Assembly (NCBI GenBank): GCA_000388065.2
Contig: KB932208.1
DNA: 64,000 nt
Strand: one strand, 5' to 3'
Origin: Fonticula alba ATCC 38817
Taxonomy: Eukaryota; Protista; Nucleariida
Made by a program: the position numbers and the translations under genes. Positions 1 to 12,273 of the stretch are shown in pieces; the first letter of the stretch is position 1, and the number at the start of each line of letters is the position of its first letter. The notes beneath the pieces were generated by a model. That model made no database searches and was not told the DNA's origin. It saw nothing but the letters and a program-made list of their open reading frames with translations.

Positions 1-3000
1 AACGGGAGACGCTGCCACAAGAGGCCGCCCGCGGCCGCAAGTTGAAAACCTCCTCGGGCGAGGTGCCGGAGTTGAGAGACACAAAGTCCAACAGGACGCC
101 CGTGGGGAAGGTGTCGAAACTGGTGCGAATGTATGCATCCAGTGCCAGGTCGGCGTCCTGGAGCAGCAGCGAGTCCCGCTGGGCGGCGGTCGGTTGCTCC
201 GGGTCCGGGGCAGCCAACGCCGCGGGCGCCGGCGGCGAGGGCGTGGTGCCCGCGGTGCCGGCGCCCGGGCCGCCGCCGCCGCCGCCGCCGCCAAGGCGAC
301 CCCCGCTGATGGAGCCCTTGGCACAGATGTGCTCCGCCAGCCGGGACATGTCGCCCCCATCGAGGGTCGAGTCCACCGGGTACGAGTAGGATGAGGGGAG
401 GTGGTGGCCACCGGGGAAAGACCGGAAGAGCCGGCCCGCCGGACTGAGGGTCCGTGAGAAGGGGTTTTCCCAGAGGATGAAGCGCTGCCGGGCCAGGGCA
501 GGACCAAAGAGGGATGTCGGCAAAAGCAGGGACCCCGGCCGGAGGGAGGAGAAGGGCAAGAAGGACACCAGGGACAGGGGCCGCGGGGTGGAGGGGCCGG
601 CGGCGGGGCCGGCGGGGGCCATTCCCGAGGCAGGTGCCGATGCGGCGCCGGTCGCCTCGCGCCGCGAGCCCGGGGCCAGGGAAGATCGACACTCGGGGCC
701 GGGCGGCGGCCGGCTCACCGCCAACGAGGAGGAGAGGGAGGGCGAGGGGTGGCGCTGAAACCGGTCGTCCCCCGGCTCGAAGAGGCAGCTCCGAGCGAAG
801 GCCACTCGCAGGACACGCAAAAAGCGAATGAGGCAGGTCCACAGGAAGGAGGTGATGTGGGACTTGACTTGGGGATGCTCTCGGTACGAGTAGGACCAGA
901 TGCCGGCCATGTGGGCCACCGAGGCGACGCGCGCCTCGCGCAGATGAACCTGCGCCAAGGCCAGCCCCCCGCCGAGACTGTGCCCGACCAGATCGACCCC
1001 GGCAAAGGGGCAGCGCGCGCGCGAGCACGCGCACCGGTCCAAATGGCAGGCCGAGGCGCCGGGCGAGTCGATCGCCGGTGGACAAGGGGAAAGGTCATCC
1101 GTGGACACTGGGGCCGTGGTGTCGCCCATGCTGCCAGTGCCGGCATCGGCATCGGCCACCGGGGCCGGGGCCCACCGGCGAATGAAGCCAATCGCATCCA
1201 GACAGGCAGGCAAATCGGCGCGAATATACTCGCCAATGCGATCCGGAGTGCGCATGGCATTCAGAGGATCCGTGGCAGGGGTCGCCGGCGGCCGGGGCCT
1301 GGCCGCAGGGGAGCCCGCTGGCAGCAGGGGATCGGTGTCGCTGGCGGCGCCGGCGCCGGGCAAGTCGCCGGGGGGGTCGTCCGCCGCCTGAAGGCCGAGC
1401 TGCTTGGCCGCCAGGGCCACGGGAGCGGCAAGGGATGGCGAGCGACAGCGCCGGAGACCCTGGCACTGGCTGCCGGCCACAGGGCCGGCAGTGGGCCCCG
1501 CCGCCCCGGGGCGCAGCTGCCGACTGACCTGGCTCAAAACCGACGCTCGGCCGGACTCGGCCGTTCCACGCAGGGACACGGCATAGACATCCCGCCCGGC
1601 GGCGGCCAGCATGTTGAACGGGGAGAAGGGGAATTCCCAGCCGGCCTGGTGTTCGAGGCCAAGCTCGAGGGTCGGGCCGGTGGGAGAGCCCTCGCCGGCG
1701 AAGGGGCATCGGCTCACGTGCGAAGCATAGCAGGCGCCGGGCCCCTCGCGGCGGAAGGTGGCCCACGATAGCGGAGCAAAGGGATTGGCCACCGTCGAGA
1801 AGCAGGAGCAAGCCGGCGAGTGCCAGGCGAAGCGATTCTGAGCAAACCCATGTACCAGCAGCACCGGTGACCCGGCCTTGGCCGAGGTCCAGGCCAGGGG
1901 GTTGCCTGTGTGCAAGAAGCGCCGCTCGAGGATGACGCTGCCGCCTCCCAGGGCATCGGCGATGTCCAGCTGGTAGAGCTACCCGGCGGGGGAGGCGAGA
2001 AGGACAGTCAGTGGCAGGGCATCGGCCGGAGGAAGCAGGAGGCAGCAATGCGACAGGGGCCCCTACCTGTTCGCAGAGGACCACCGAAATGGGCTCGCCG
2101 TGGGGGAGGAGCAGGGAGTGCACCGACTCGGTGACCAGGCGAGAGGAACACAGTTGGATTTGAACAACCGGCAGTGAGCTGGGTCGATGGAGAGACACGA
2201 AGCGCCATGCCAAGGCAACGGGGACACAGGTCAGGGAACAGGCAACGGGGGGGGGGGGGGGGGGGGGCATCAGGCGAGGGACAATCTTTTGCTCGCGGAC
2301 ATGGCACGCACAAGTCCGCCAGCGGGCGGGGCACTCCAGGAGGAGGGAGGGCCTCATCGTCCGCGGCCGAGGCACAGCGACAGCCCGAGCCGGGGGACAC
2401 CCCGGCAGCATGGCGGCCGATGCACAGGGGGATGGCCTGCGGCGCGGGGCTGGCCTCGGTCGGTGAAGGGGCCGCGGTCAGGGCGCCGGGGGATTCCCCC
2501 TCGGGCCCGGCGATCTGCCGACCGGGTGAGGAGGACGACTTGTCGTCGCCGATGAGCAACAGCCCCGGGGTCGGCTGGCCGGAGAGGATGAGCCCCAGGC
2601 AGAGGCGGAATTGGAGGGTGGTCCACCAGAGAAGCCCCGGGGCCAGGAAGAAGATTTGCACCATCAGGAAGCCGGCATCCACCAGGGTCAGCGCCATGCG
2701 CAGGAGAAAGCCGAGGAGGCGCTTGAGAGGCCCCTCCGGGGGGGAGGCAGCGACGCCGGACCCTTCGGCCGGAGCCAGGGCCGGCAGCAGGAAGGACCCG
2801 CCCCGGGCGGATCCCGCTGACGAGGAGGCCCGCCGGCGGATGATCGCAATTTGGGAAAGGGAGGGCCACCATGCCGAGGAGCCAGTCATCCCGGGCAGGA
2901 GGGACGTTGCGCTCTCGTGGCCGGGGGTCGGAGGGGGCGGCGAGGGGTGTTCCGCCGGGCCGAGCGATGCGCCGGCCGCAACAAGGAGCGGCGGCAGGGG

Positions 3001-3012
3001 GAGAGTGGCCAT
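1..3012 (-). CDS. Alpha/beta-fold hydrolase (lipase/esterase, PHA-synthase-like fold) with N-terminal hydrophobic segment; spliced, 3' end runs off the window
   Basis: ATG at 3012 (MATLPLPP...). Intron 2066-1979 (GTAGGG...TAG) joins EQ|LYQLDI. The exon from 1978 stays open to base 1 and contains PVLLVHGFAQNRFAW (oxyanion region), LAAAGRDVYAVSLRG, GEYIRADLPACLDAI and the nucleophile elbow VDLVGHSLGG (~960-995). The ORF track misses this frame because it has no stop in the window. Confidence 0.75.
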
Positions 3013-3247
3013 TGCGGCCAAGCAGCGAGAGGCCGACGCAGACCGGCGGGCGAGAGAGAGAGAGAGAGAGAGGGGGGGAGAGAGAGAAAGGGGAAGAAGG
3101 AGGGCGGAGCACGCGGAGGGCACTCGGCGATGAGACAGCGGATCGGCGGGGGATGGAATTCGAGATGCGCGGCCAGACGGGCAAGGTAGAGCCCTTCCCC
3201 GGGCTCTCTTATGTCCCGGCAGCAAGCGGGGCCAGGGTGGGCACGGG

Positions 3248-3292
3248 GATGCGGCGGATGCGGCGGATGCGGCGGATGCGGCGGATGCGGCG
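3248..3292. repeat. 9-bp tandem repeat (GCGGCGGAT)n, about 4-5 copies
   Basis: Read directly in the sequence upstream of the hydrolase start. Confidence 0.9.
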
Positions 3293-6200
3293 AGTGCGGG
3301 GCCCGGGGTGTGGGCAGGAGGGAGGGGAGGGGGGGAGGAGGAGGAACAGCAGAGAGACGGCGATACACCGCGGCCCGAAAGGCCGGAGGGGGGCTAGATC
3401 CGTCTGGCCGAAAAGTGCCCCTCGGTGCCCGCGCCCCCGCCGGACTCCGATCATGACCAAGCCACAGAAGACCGGAGGGGGGTGGCACCAGGCGGAGGCC
3501 CCCCCCCCCCCCCCGGACTTTGGCCCCTGGTGCCAGCTGATCGTATGCCATTGTCTTGAAACAGCACCCCCGGAGGCCGGCCTGTGGGCTGAGATCCGGC
3601 AACCAGTCCTTGCGAGACGCGCGCGCGCGCGCATACACACACGCACACGCACGGAGATCTACCAAACGTCCGGCCCGGCAGCAGGGGGGGATGCCTTCCT
3701 CCCGCGCGGGATGAGACCACACGCGTGCGCGTGTAGGCCGGCTCACATGCGCGCCCTCGTATGCTGGTGGCATGTCCATGGCGGCCAGGGCGGGGCCCAA
3801 ATTACGCCGGCACATTTATTCATGCTTGCTGGGTCTTTCTCTGGGTGCCCTCGGTGGTGGCGGTGACGGCGGCCGGATGGAGGGCCGGGCCGGGCCGGGC
3901 CGGGCCGGGCCGGGCAAGCGGACGGGACAGCCGCCCTTTCCCAGGGCCGCGGATGCCTATTCGCCGAGACCTTGTGCTGCCAAAATTGCAGGGGCGCTCC
4001 CCGAGTCCGCCCCAGGCCGGCGTGGGCATGGACAGGGGGAAAGGACGCGCCCGACCGGGCGGCCTCACGCAGGCGCCTGCGCGTGGACGCCCGCATGTGC
4101 GCCGGCGGCCACACATGCGCCTGCTTGTCCACGCCGGCGCGCATGTCCCGGTAGACAGTTCGAGGGAGGGCCTTTCCGCTGAACTCGACGTGGGAAAGGA
4201 ATTTCCCGTCCCGGTGCAGGCTCTTTCGGGCTAAGGCACGGCCCAGCTCCCGGAGCGGCGGCCCTTCTCCGAAGGCGACATATGGGGCCCATGAAGAGAG
4301 CGGGCAGGTTAGTGGTTTGGCCGCGTAAGCAAGCGGCATGTGGGCCCCCCCCCCCCCTCTTTCCCCCCCCCCCCCCCCTCGCGGTGGCTTTCCTCCCCAT
4401 CCGCCGGGGGTGCCCTCCGTGTTGCCCTTGACAAGCCTACCGACCAATGGTGCTCCGCATTTGGGGCCTGGGGCCGAGAAATGGCCTGCGCACGGGGGCC
4501 AAATGCACGCGAATCATCAGGGCGCGCACATTCACTCGCATGCGCCGGCCGGCTGGAAGGGGGGGGGGGGGGGGGGGCGTATGCCGGCGTGCCCCTAGGG
4601 GGCTTTTTCCTGGTGCCAGCCGGTCGGCCAGAAGGGCGGGGTCGACGACTACAACAACAACAACAAAGAGACCACACACCATTGCGGCCTTGGAGAATGG
4701 TGAGGCCCCGGCGTGGGTGTTGATTTCCGGGCGCCCCGTGGCCCTGGAGGGGCGGGGGGGGGCGAGGGGGCAGCGGCCGAAGACACTGGTGCTCGGGCCA
4801 CCCGAGGCCGGCAGGACTGCCATGGCGCGCCCGGGCTGCATCCGCTTTGTCCAGCTTCTCCGCGAAGGAAGGGGCCGCAGGGGGGGGGAGCCCTTTGGTG
4901 GGGTCAGTTTCGGGCGCGGCCAGGCCCTTGTGCCCTTGGCAGCGACATTTCCAACGGCACCCTTGGGGAGGTGCGAACATGCGCCGGCTGGTCGGGCGGA
5001 GGACAGCGGGCCCCCGGGGGGCCGGGGACGCGCACGCGCGCGCGCGCCATGACAAGACGCGCCCCGGGCGCGGCTTCCTCCAGGCGGACTAGCATTGGGG
5101 AATTCCAGGGCACACTCTACTTCTTCGGGTCCCCACCGCCGGCCGGGGATCCCTCTCCCGAGCAGGCAAGGAACACGGTCGCCCGGGCCGCCTGTCCCCG
5201 GGGTGCTCTCAAACATGGTCCCCTCCCTGGGTGCACGCGTCTTTGCGCGCACAACAAATGCAAGCCCGACTGCTGGTCGTCCGAATGCTGTGGCCACCGG
5301 CCGGGCGGGGCCTGCGACTCCGGGGCTGACAGGACCGAGCAAAGGCGGGAAATGCATTTGGCAGATGGGCTCCGGGGAAGGGGGGCGAGTCGGAGACAGA
5401 GACGGATTCTGCCGAGGGATATCCCGGCTACCAGGAGCCGAATTGGTGGGCCCAGCGCCCGGGAAGGACAACTGGCTGGTCGGTGTCGCCGAGACGCGCC
5501 CTTTCTCCAGGGACCGAGCTAGTCGGTGCGTGAGTCGGCCACTGAGTGAGCGGTGGGGCGCTTGGGCATGCGTGTGTGTGTGTGTATGTGTGTGTGCGCG
5601 CGTGCGCGCGAGTGGGACAGGCCCCCGGGCCTGGGCGCTTGCCCATCCTCCCCGGACCTACCCCCCCCCCCCCCGAGGGGTGAGGCGGCCGCCGCCCCGG
5701 CCCCCTCGCCTCCCTGGCTGGGCGCCCTCGGGCACATGCGAGCGCCTGCCGGCTCGCCTGTGGATGACCGAATGCCGGCGGTTACCAGCCCGGATCTTGC
5801 GCCCAGCAGGCCGAAGCTCCGGACAACTGCCGGCCGCGGGGCAAGGGCGAGGGGCCGGGAGGGGGTGACAACGACACATCGCGAGGAGCGGCAGGGGCGC
5901 GGGCCGGCCCGGGGGCGGGCNNNNNNNNNNNNNNNNNNNNNNNNNNNNNNNNNNNNNNNNNNNNNNNNNNNNNNNNNNNNNNNNNNNNNNNNNNNNNNNN
6001 NNNNNNNNNCGGTTGTGTCTCACGCGCCTCTCAGGCGGGGCTCTCGCGCCCAAAGAAGGAGGCTCTTGAGGGGCGTTCAACTCCCACGCGCAATGGCCTA
6101 GCACACCCGCCATGGACCGCGGTCGCGATCCTGCCACCGCCCGGGGCCTCCCCGTGTGTTGGATGGGCGGTGGCGGACCGGGCGGCTGGCTGTGCCGCCC

Positions 6201-8353
6201 TAGACTCTATTAAGCCCGGCTCGGCGCATGAAGGGGGACGCAGACCGGGGGGGGGGGGGGGGGGGGGTGGCTGGCCAACCGGCCGGGCAGTTCGGCCGGG
6301 GTCCACCCGGAGAGGGGTGCCGGCGCGGCACGAGGGGGGCGGGCAGTGTTGTTTTTTGCCCAGCACCCCGGCGAAAGGTTTCAGCCAAGGGCGGCCCGGC
6401 CCCCATGCAGGACGGAAAAAAGCCCCGCAGAACCGCCAGTCCTCCTCAACCTCCGGCCGTTTCACGCTCGAGGAGGCCGGCGAGCCGGCAGGGCCTACCG
6501 AGGCATCCAGCCAACTTGGTGCGCTGGCAAAAGTGCCTAGGCCCGCTCTTGGGCAAGGGCCGAAGGGGGGAGGGGGGGTGGAGGGGCGGGGGCCGACTGC
6601 GGCCCGGTCCAGCCATTTAATAGGCGCCCCGTGTGGGAAGTCGGCCCAACACGCGCCCCATGTCAGGGCCCCCCCCCGCAAGCATGCCCGGCGGACATGC
6701 ACGCGCCCGTGCCCTGCGCCGAAAAAGCGCGAGGGACACAGGGCAGACAGGACGGCGCTGCTGCGCCCGCCCCCCCCCCCTCGGCGCCGCGCGCCTCTCT
6801 GCACCCCCGCGTCGAGGTGAAAAGCCCGGCGCCAACACCCGGTTGTGCTCTCCTCTGTCCTTTTCCCCTTTGCTGGGCCCCCCCCCCGGCAGCCGCTGCT
6901 TCCCTTGCCCTCTCCCGGCCGCGCGGTGGATGTGTCAGCCCCGTGTGTTTTCCCGACCCGGAGTCCCCCCGAGGCCGCCCCCGGCAGACCGCCCCCTGAG
7001 AGCACACGCCCGAGACGGGGCCGCTCGAACGGGCGGGGCACGAAAATGAACATCACACGCCCCCGCCGGGCAGGTGTGATCCCGCGCGGAGCACCGGGGG
7101 CCAGGTCACGCGCGACCAAAACGATGCCACCAAATCCGCGGCGCCCGGACGAGGAGGAGCAGGACGAGGCCCAACGGCCGCCCAGCCCCCAATCGGAAAA
7201 AAATGTGGAGGGCATGTTCTCCGGGGGTGGACGCGTCCCCCCCCCNNNNNNNNNNNNNNNNNNNNNNNNNNNNNNNNNNNNNNNNNNNNNNNNNNNNNNN
7301 NNNNNNNNNNNNNNNNNNNNNNNNNNNNNNNNNNNNNNNNNNNNNNNNNNNNNNNNNNNNNNNNNNNNNNNNNNNNNCCCCCCCGAGCTGAACCGCCCTA
7401 ATCTCGGGCCTTCTCCTGGGCTCTCTTCTCCTGGGCGCCTGCGCTTTTCCCCCCCTTCCCCGTGCATGTGCCCCGCCCCGGCGGCCGGGACGGAGGGGGG
7501 GGGGGAGAAGCCACGGCAGGGTGGCACCGTGCTGATTGCCAAGTCCGTGGGCATGTGCCTGGGAGGAGGCCCGGGCGATCGGCCGCTCATGCAGGCTCCC
7601 CCGCGCCCGGCTAGGAGGATGTAGTCATGCACAGCGGGAGCGGCCCCAGACTCCGCGAGCCAGAGCTCTCTCGGCGGGGGTGGAGGGGGGGGGGGGCGAG
7701 TGCCAGACATTTGCCCGCACTCGCTCCCACCTTCCAGCGTCCCTGGATGGACAACGCCCCCCCCCCCCCGCACAGGAACGCCCCGCGCCCGCGCCCCCTC
7801 GAGCTCCGAACGAGCCGCCTGGTCAGGAGGGCGGGCCCAGAGCAGCCCAGGATATGCCACTCTTGGTCAAGGCTGACGGCGGTGGCGACCGTGTCACGCG
7901 CCCCTCTCGCAGCCCGCCGCCTCGCCCCGGGGCCCCCCCAGAGGAGCCGACACAGAGGCGCATGTGAGCCCGGGGGGGATAGCGGGGAGGGCGCGCGGGC
8001 AGACGGCCAGCACGCGCCGTGACCGGATCAGTGTGCGAGGGGACCGCGCGTCTATTGTTTTCATTTGCCGCGCCTGACTTGAGGCCCCGCCGGGGAGACC
8101 CCCACAGGCGCAGACACTCGCTCATGCGTGTTCTCCCCCGGGCGGGGGGAAGAAGGGTCTCGGGGTGTAGGCTCTTTTTGGCTGCCCCCGCGCCCCTGGC
8201 CACTTTCTGCAGACACACCGCCCCCTCCCCCCCCCCCTCGGCGCCCCGCTCCTCCCTGCTCTGTTCCCGCCCCCCCCCCTCTCCCCTCCCTGTGTATCAA
8301 CCTCCCTGTTCGCCTGTCGCGCTCCCCTCCCCCCTTCGAGCGCCAAGAGCACA

Positions 8354-11300
8354 ATGCGGCAGCCTCGTAACCTCCCGGCCGCTCTGATGCTGCTGGCCCT
8401 GATCGCGGTCCTGGGCCTGGCTATGGGTGCCATGGGCCTGCCGGTCTCGGCGGCCGATGCCCCCGAGCCGTCGAAGGTGCATCCGATGCTGTGTCTGGCG
8501 TCCCCCTCTTCCGACACCACTCACGCCACGCACACCCCTGGCCTGTGTGTGTGTATGTCTTCCTTATTCCCAGGATCACTCGTTCCCCTAACCCCCTCGT
8601 CCCTCCCCCCCCCTCCTGCTACTCGCGCCAATGCGCACAGCTCTGCTACTTCGAGGACCCCAACACCAAGGACATCTACGACCTGCGCCCCCTGCAGCGC
8701 ACCAGTGCCCCAAACTACAAGGACTTCTCCCTGGACCCCAACCGGGAGTTCCTCTATGTGCTGAATCTTTGCGCGCCCGTGGTCGCGGAGACCTTCGAGT
8801 CGGCCTACGGCCCGACCAAGTGCCCGCCGGGCGGCGTGCACGCCTGCCAGATTGACATGCTCAATGACATGGAGGATGAGGTCTACAGCCTCGGAACCCT
8901 CTCCGAGGTGAACATCCTCGCCCCCGGGCAGCTGGACATTGTTTTCACCGGCGGCGATATGTGCCGCCGCAGCAACATCCCCCGGAGCATTTCCATCCTG
9001 GCCGCGTGTGATGAGAGTGCGGATGACACCTCGCCGCAGTTCGTCGGCGAGTTTGCCGTGCGTCGCCCCCACCCCCTCCCCCGCCTCTTGCCTGTCTCTT
9101 TGCTCGGCCCTCCCCATCATCGGCGGCAGTGTGCCACGACACATCTTCCCACGTCCATTGCCCCTGTCTGTGGTCTTCTCCCCCCCCCCCCCCCCCCCCC
9201 TCCCTCTCTGTCCGCTTTTTGGCCCCAAAAGAAAGCGCGCTAATGCCCCCACTCCTGCCCTTGTCGCCTCCCCCCTCCCGCCTTCGTCCGCTGGCACGCA
9301 CATCCCAACCGCCAGTGTACCTATTCCTTCATTTGGGTCACCAAGCATGCCTGCCCGATTGTCACCCCCAAGCCCACGACCCCGATCCCGAACCCGGAGA
9401 ACTGCTTCATCGAGGATCCCGAGCACAACATCCGCTACGACTTCACGGCTCTCTCCCTGCCCCCGGGCCAGCACTATGCCATCAACCTGCCCAAGACCAT
9501 CACCGGCGAGGACTCGCGCCTGCTGCTGAACATTTGCGGCAATGTCGAGCACCCCAGCCTCCCGGATGGCACCTCCAATGCCGGTGTCATCCACGTGTCC
9601 GGCCAGAGCGACCCCGCGTCGGCTCGTCTGCACGCGGTCACCGGCCGCACCTCCCCCTCGAACATCGTCATCAACAACTCCGGCCAGAGTCTCTCCTACA
9701 CCTTTGCCAATGGTGGCGATTGCCAGAACTCCGACGGCAAGACCGTCCCCTTCACCACGACCATCCTCTTCACTTGCAATGCCTCGCTCTCCGGACGCCT
9801 TGGCACGCCGGTCTTCATGAAGCACAGCGACAAGTGCTCCTTCCTGCTGGCCTGGAACAGCCCCGTTGCCTGTGGGCAGATGATTGAGCAGACGTGCGTC
9901 ATGTGTTCGCTCGCCTCCGTGCTGCGCTTCTGTGTGTATGCGCGCGCGCGTGTGTGTGTGTGTGTGTGTGTGTCTCACCCTCCTGCCATCCTCTCCCCCC
10001 CCCCCTCCCCTCCCTTCCCCTGCCCAACCCTCCTCAACCCCCCTCGCCGTGGGAAAAATAGCTGCAATGTCAATGACGGCACCAACAAGGTCGATCTCTC
10101 GGCTTTGACTCTGCCCTCGGACGCCAAGACCAACTATGCCCGTTCGTTCCCATAACCGCCCATCTCCCCCTGGCTGCCTCCTCTGCGCCGCCCTCCTATG
10201 CTCTCTGGTCCTGTCGCCGCAGATGCACTGACACCCATTTGCGCCGTCTCTCCCTCCGCCGCCCTGCTGTAGCTCTGGTCCTGGCCGAGAACAACAAGCC
10301 CAACCACGAGTACCTGATGAATGTTTGCGATGACCTGGTCCCCGCGCAGAACCCCTGCCGTGAGGGTGTCTCCATCTGCATGATCGACAAGTCCTCTCCC
10401 GGTCAGGCTGGCCTCTCGCTCGGCAACAGTGGCACCCTGAAGAGTCCGTTTCCCCTCTGGCCCTTTTCGCTGCCCTGCTTCTGCATCCCCAACATCCCTC
10501 CCTCTTTTCTTTGCCCCCTTCCCGCGCTCCCCAACGCCTCCTCTCCTTCGCCACCCTACCATGCCCATGGCCCAAAACTCACCCCACCACCACCACCACC
10601 ACCCCCTTCCGCTTTTTGGACGCCACACCCTGCAGCCCAAGATGGCAACACGGTCATGCGCTTCTCCGATGGCGATGCCTGCCCGGGCTCGAGCCACACC
10701 AACCCCAACGGCGCCTTGCGCATTTCCTCCGATGTGCATTACCTGTGCGACCCGACCGCCGGCGTCGGTATCCCCCGTTTGATGTCCATTCGCGAGGAGC
10801 AGTGCCACTACCTGTTCACTTGGAAGACCGCGGCCGCCTGCGAGAAGGCGATCATTCCTCCCCCGGTGCGCTTTCTCCGTCCACCATCGAACTAGGCCCC
10901 GCTCCTCTCCCTCCCGCGCCCCGCCTGGCCCATGTGTAACTCACGCTCGATGTCCCCTGCCCCTTGCGGGTGCTGCTTCTCCCACCCAATAGGCCTCCGG
11001 CGGTCTTTCGGGCGGCGTCATCGCCATCATTGTCATGCTGTCCCTTGTGTCGGTCTATGTCATCGGTGGCATCGTGTACAACCGCTTCTTCATGAACAAG
11101 AGCGGCCTCGAGCAGATCCCCCACTGGGAGTATCTGGAGGCTGGCTACTACTCGGCCAAGCACATTTTCGTGCGTCTCCCCACCTGCCTGCCCTCCGGGT
11201 CTGCCTCATCGCCCTGCTTCGCTAACACCCTCCCCCATGCATGGCCTGTGTCGATCGCCGGGCAAACAAAAAATACCGCCATCCCCAGACCGGCAACCGG

Positions 11301-11538
11301 GCCCCGAGCGGTTCGATCCAGATCTAATGTGCTCGCGGATGATGATGCACACATCGCCCGGCTGGCATTCGGGAAGCACACTCACATCCATTTCTCCCTG
11401 ACATTGCGCATCCGCCCGGCCACCGTGTCCCCCCCTTTGCCTCTTGTACATTTGCCATCTTTCAAACATCCCCCGCCGCGCCGGGCGCAGGTGCGCGCGC
11501 GCGCCTTGAGCATCCCTCCTCCCTCCCGAAGAATATAG
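8354..11538 (+). CDS. Mannose-6-phosphate-receptor-like type I membrane protein: signal peptide, 3 MRH domains, TM helix, cytosolic tail (about 8 exons; 3' end uncertain)
   Basis: Signal peptide LMLLALIAVLGLAMG. Three repeats show the MRH pattern YDLRPL..YVLNLC..CTYSFIWVTKHAC / YDFTAL..LLNIC..CSFLLAWNSPVAC / VDLSAL..YLMNVC..CHYLFTWKTAAAC. These are followed by TM segment IAIIVMLSLVSVYVIGGIVYNRF and GLEQIPHW, typical of the MPR/Atg27/Mrl1 family. Confidence 0.85.
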
Positions 11539-12153
11539 CCATCTACTCAAGAAAAACAAATGGACGCACGACGTGCGTGCGCGTGTCAAGATGCGTCCCC
11601 ACGTCTCGAGGCGCGCTTCTGGGCGTGTTCCCCTGCAAGTACTACCCGGCTGTTGGCAAGGAGGAAGATCTATTGGAGGAGGGGGAATGTTTGCTCTGTT
11701 GATAACAAGGGGAGGTGAGGGGTGAGAACAGAGAGAGAGAGAGAGAGAGAGGAAGGGACCATCAACACCAGGTGACTCGTCTAGACATGAATTACACTGG
11801 CAGGGGCANNNNNNNNNNNNNNNNNNNNNNNNNNNNNNNNNNNNNNNNNNNNNNNNNNNNNNNNNNNNNNNNNNNNNNNNNNNNNNNNNNNNNNNNNNNN
11901 NNNNNNNNNNNNNNNNNNNNNNNNNNNNNNNNNNNNNNNNNNNNNNNNNNNNNNNNNNNNNNNNNNNNNNNNNNNNNNNNNNNNNNNNNNNNNNNNNNNN
12001 NNNNNNNNNNNNNNNNNNNNNNNNNNNNNNNNNNNNNNNNNNNNNNNNNNNNNNNNNNNNNNNNNNNNNNNNNNNNNNNNNNNNNNNNNNNNNNNNNNNN
12101 NNNNNNNNNNNNNNNNNNNNNNNNNNNNNNNNNNNNNNNNNNNNNNNNNNNNN

Positions 12154-12242
12154 GCTCATCCCGGAACGGGAGGGGGGGGATGGGGGGGAGGGGGGGGAGG
12201 GGGCGACAAATGGTGTCGTTGTTGCCGTCGACGTTGTCGTTG

Positions 12243-12273
<31 letters not shown>

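Noticed and set aside
8521-10575. 684-aa minus-strand ORF
   Set aside because: Antisense shadow of the MRH-receptor gene, with no independent motifs.
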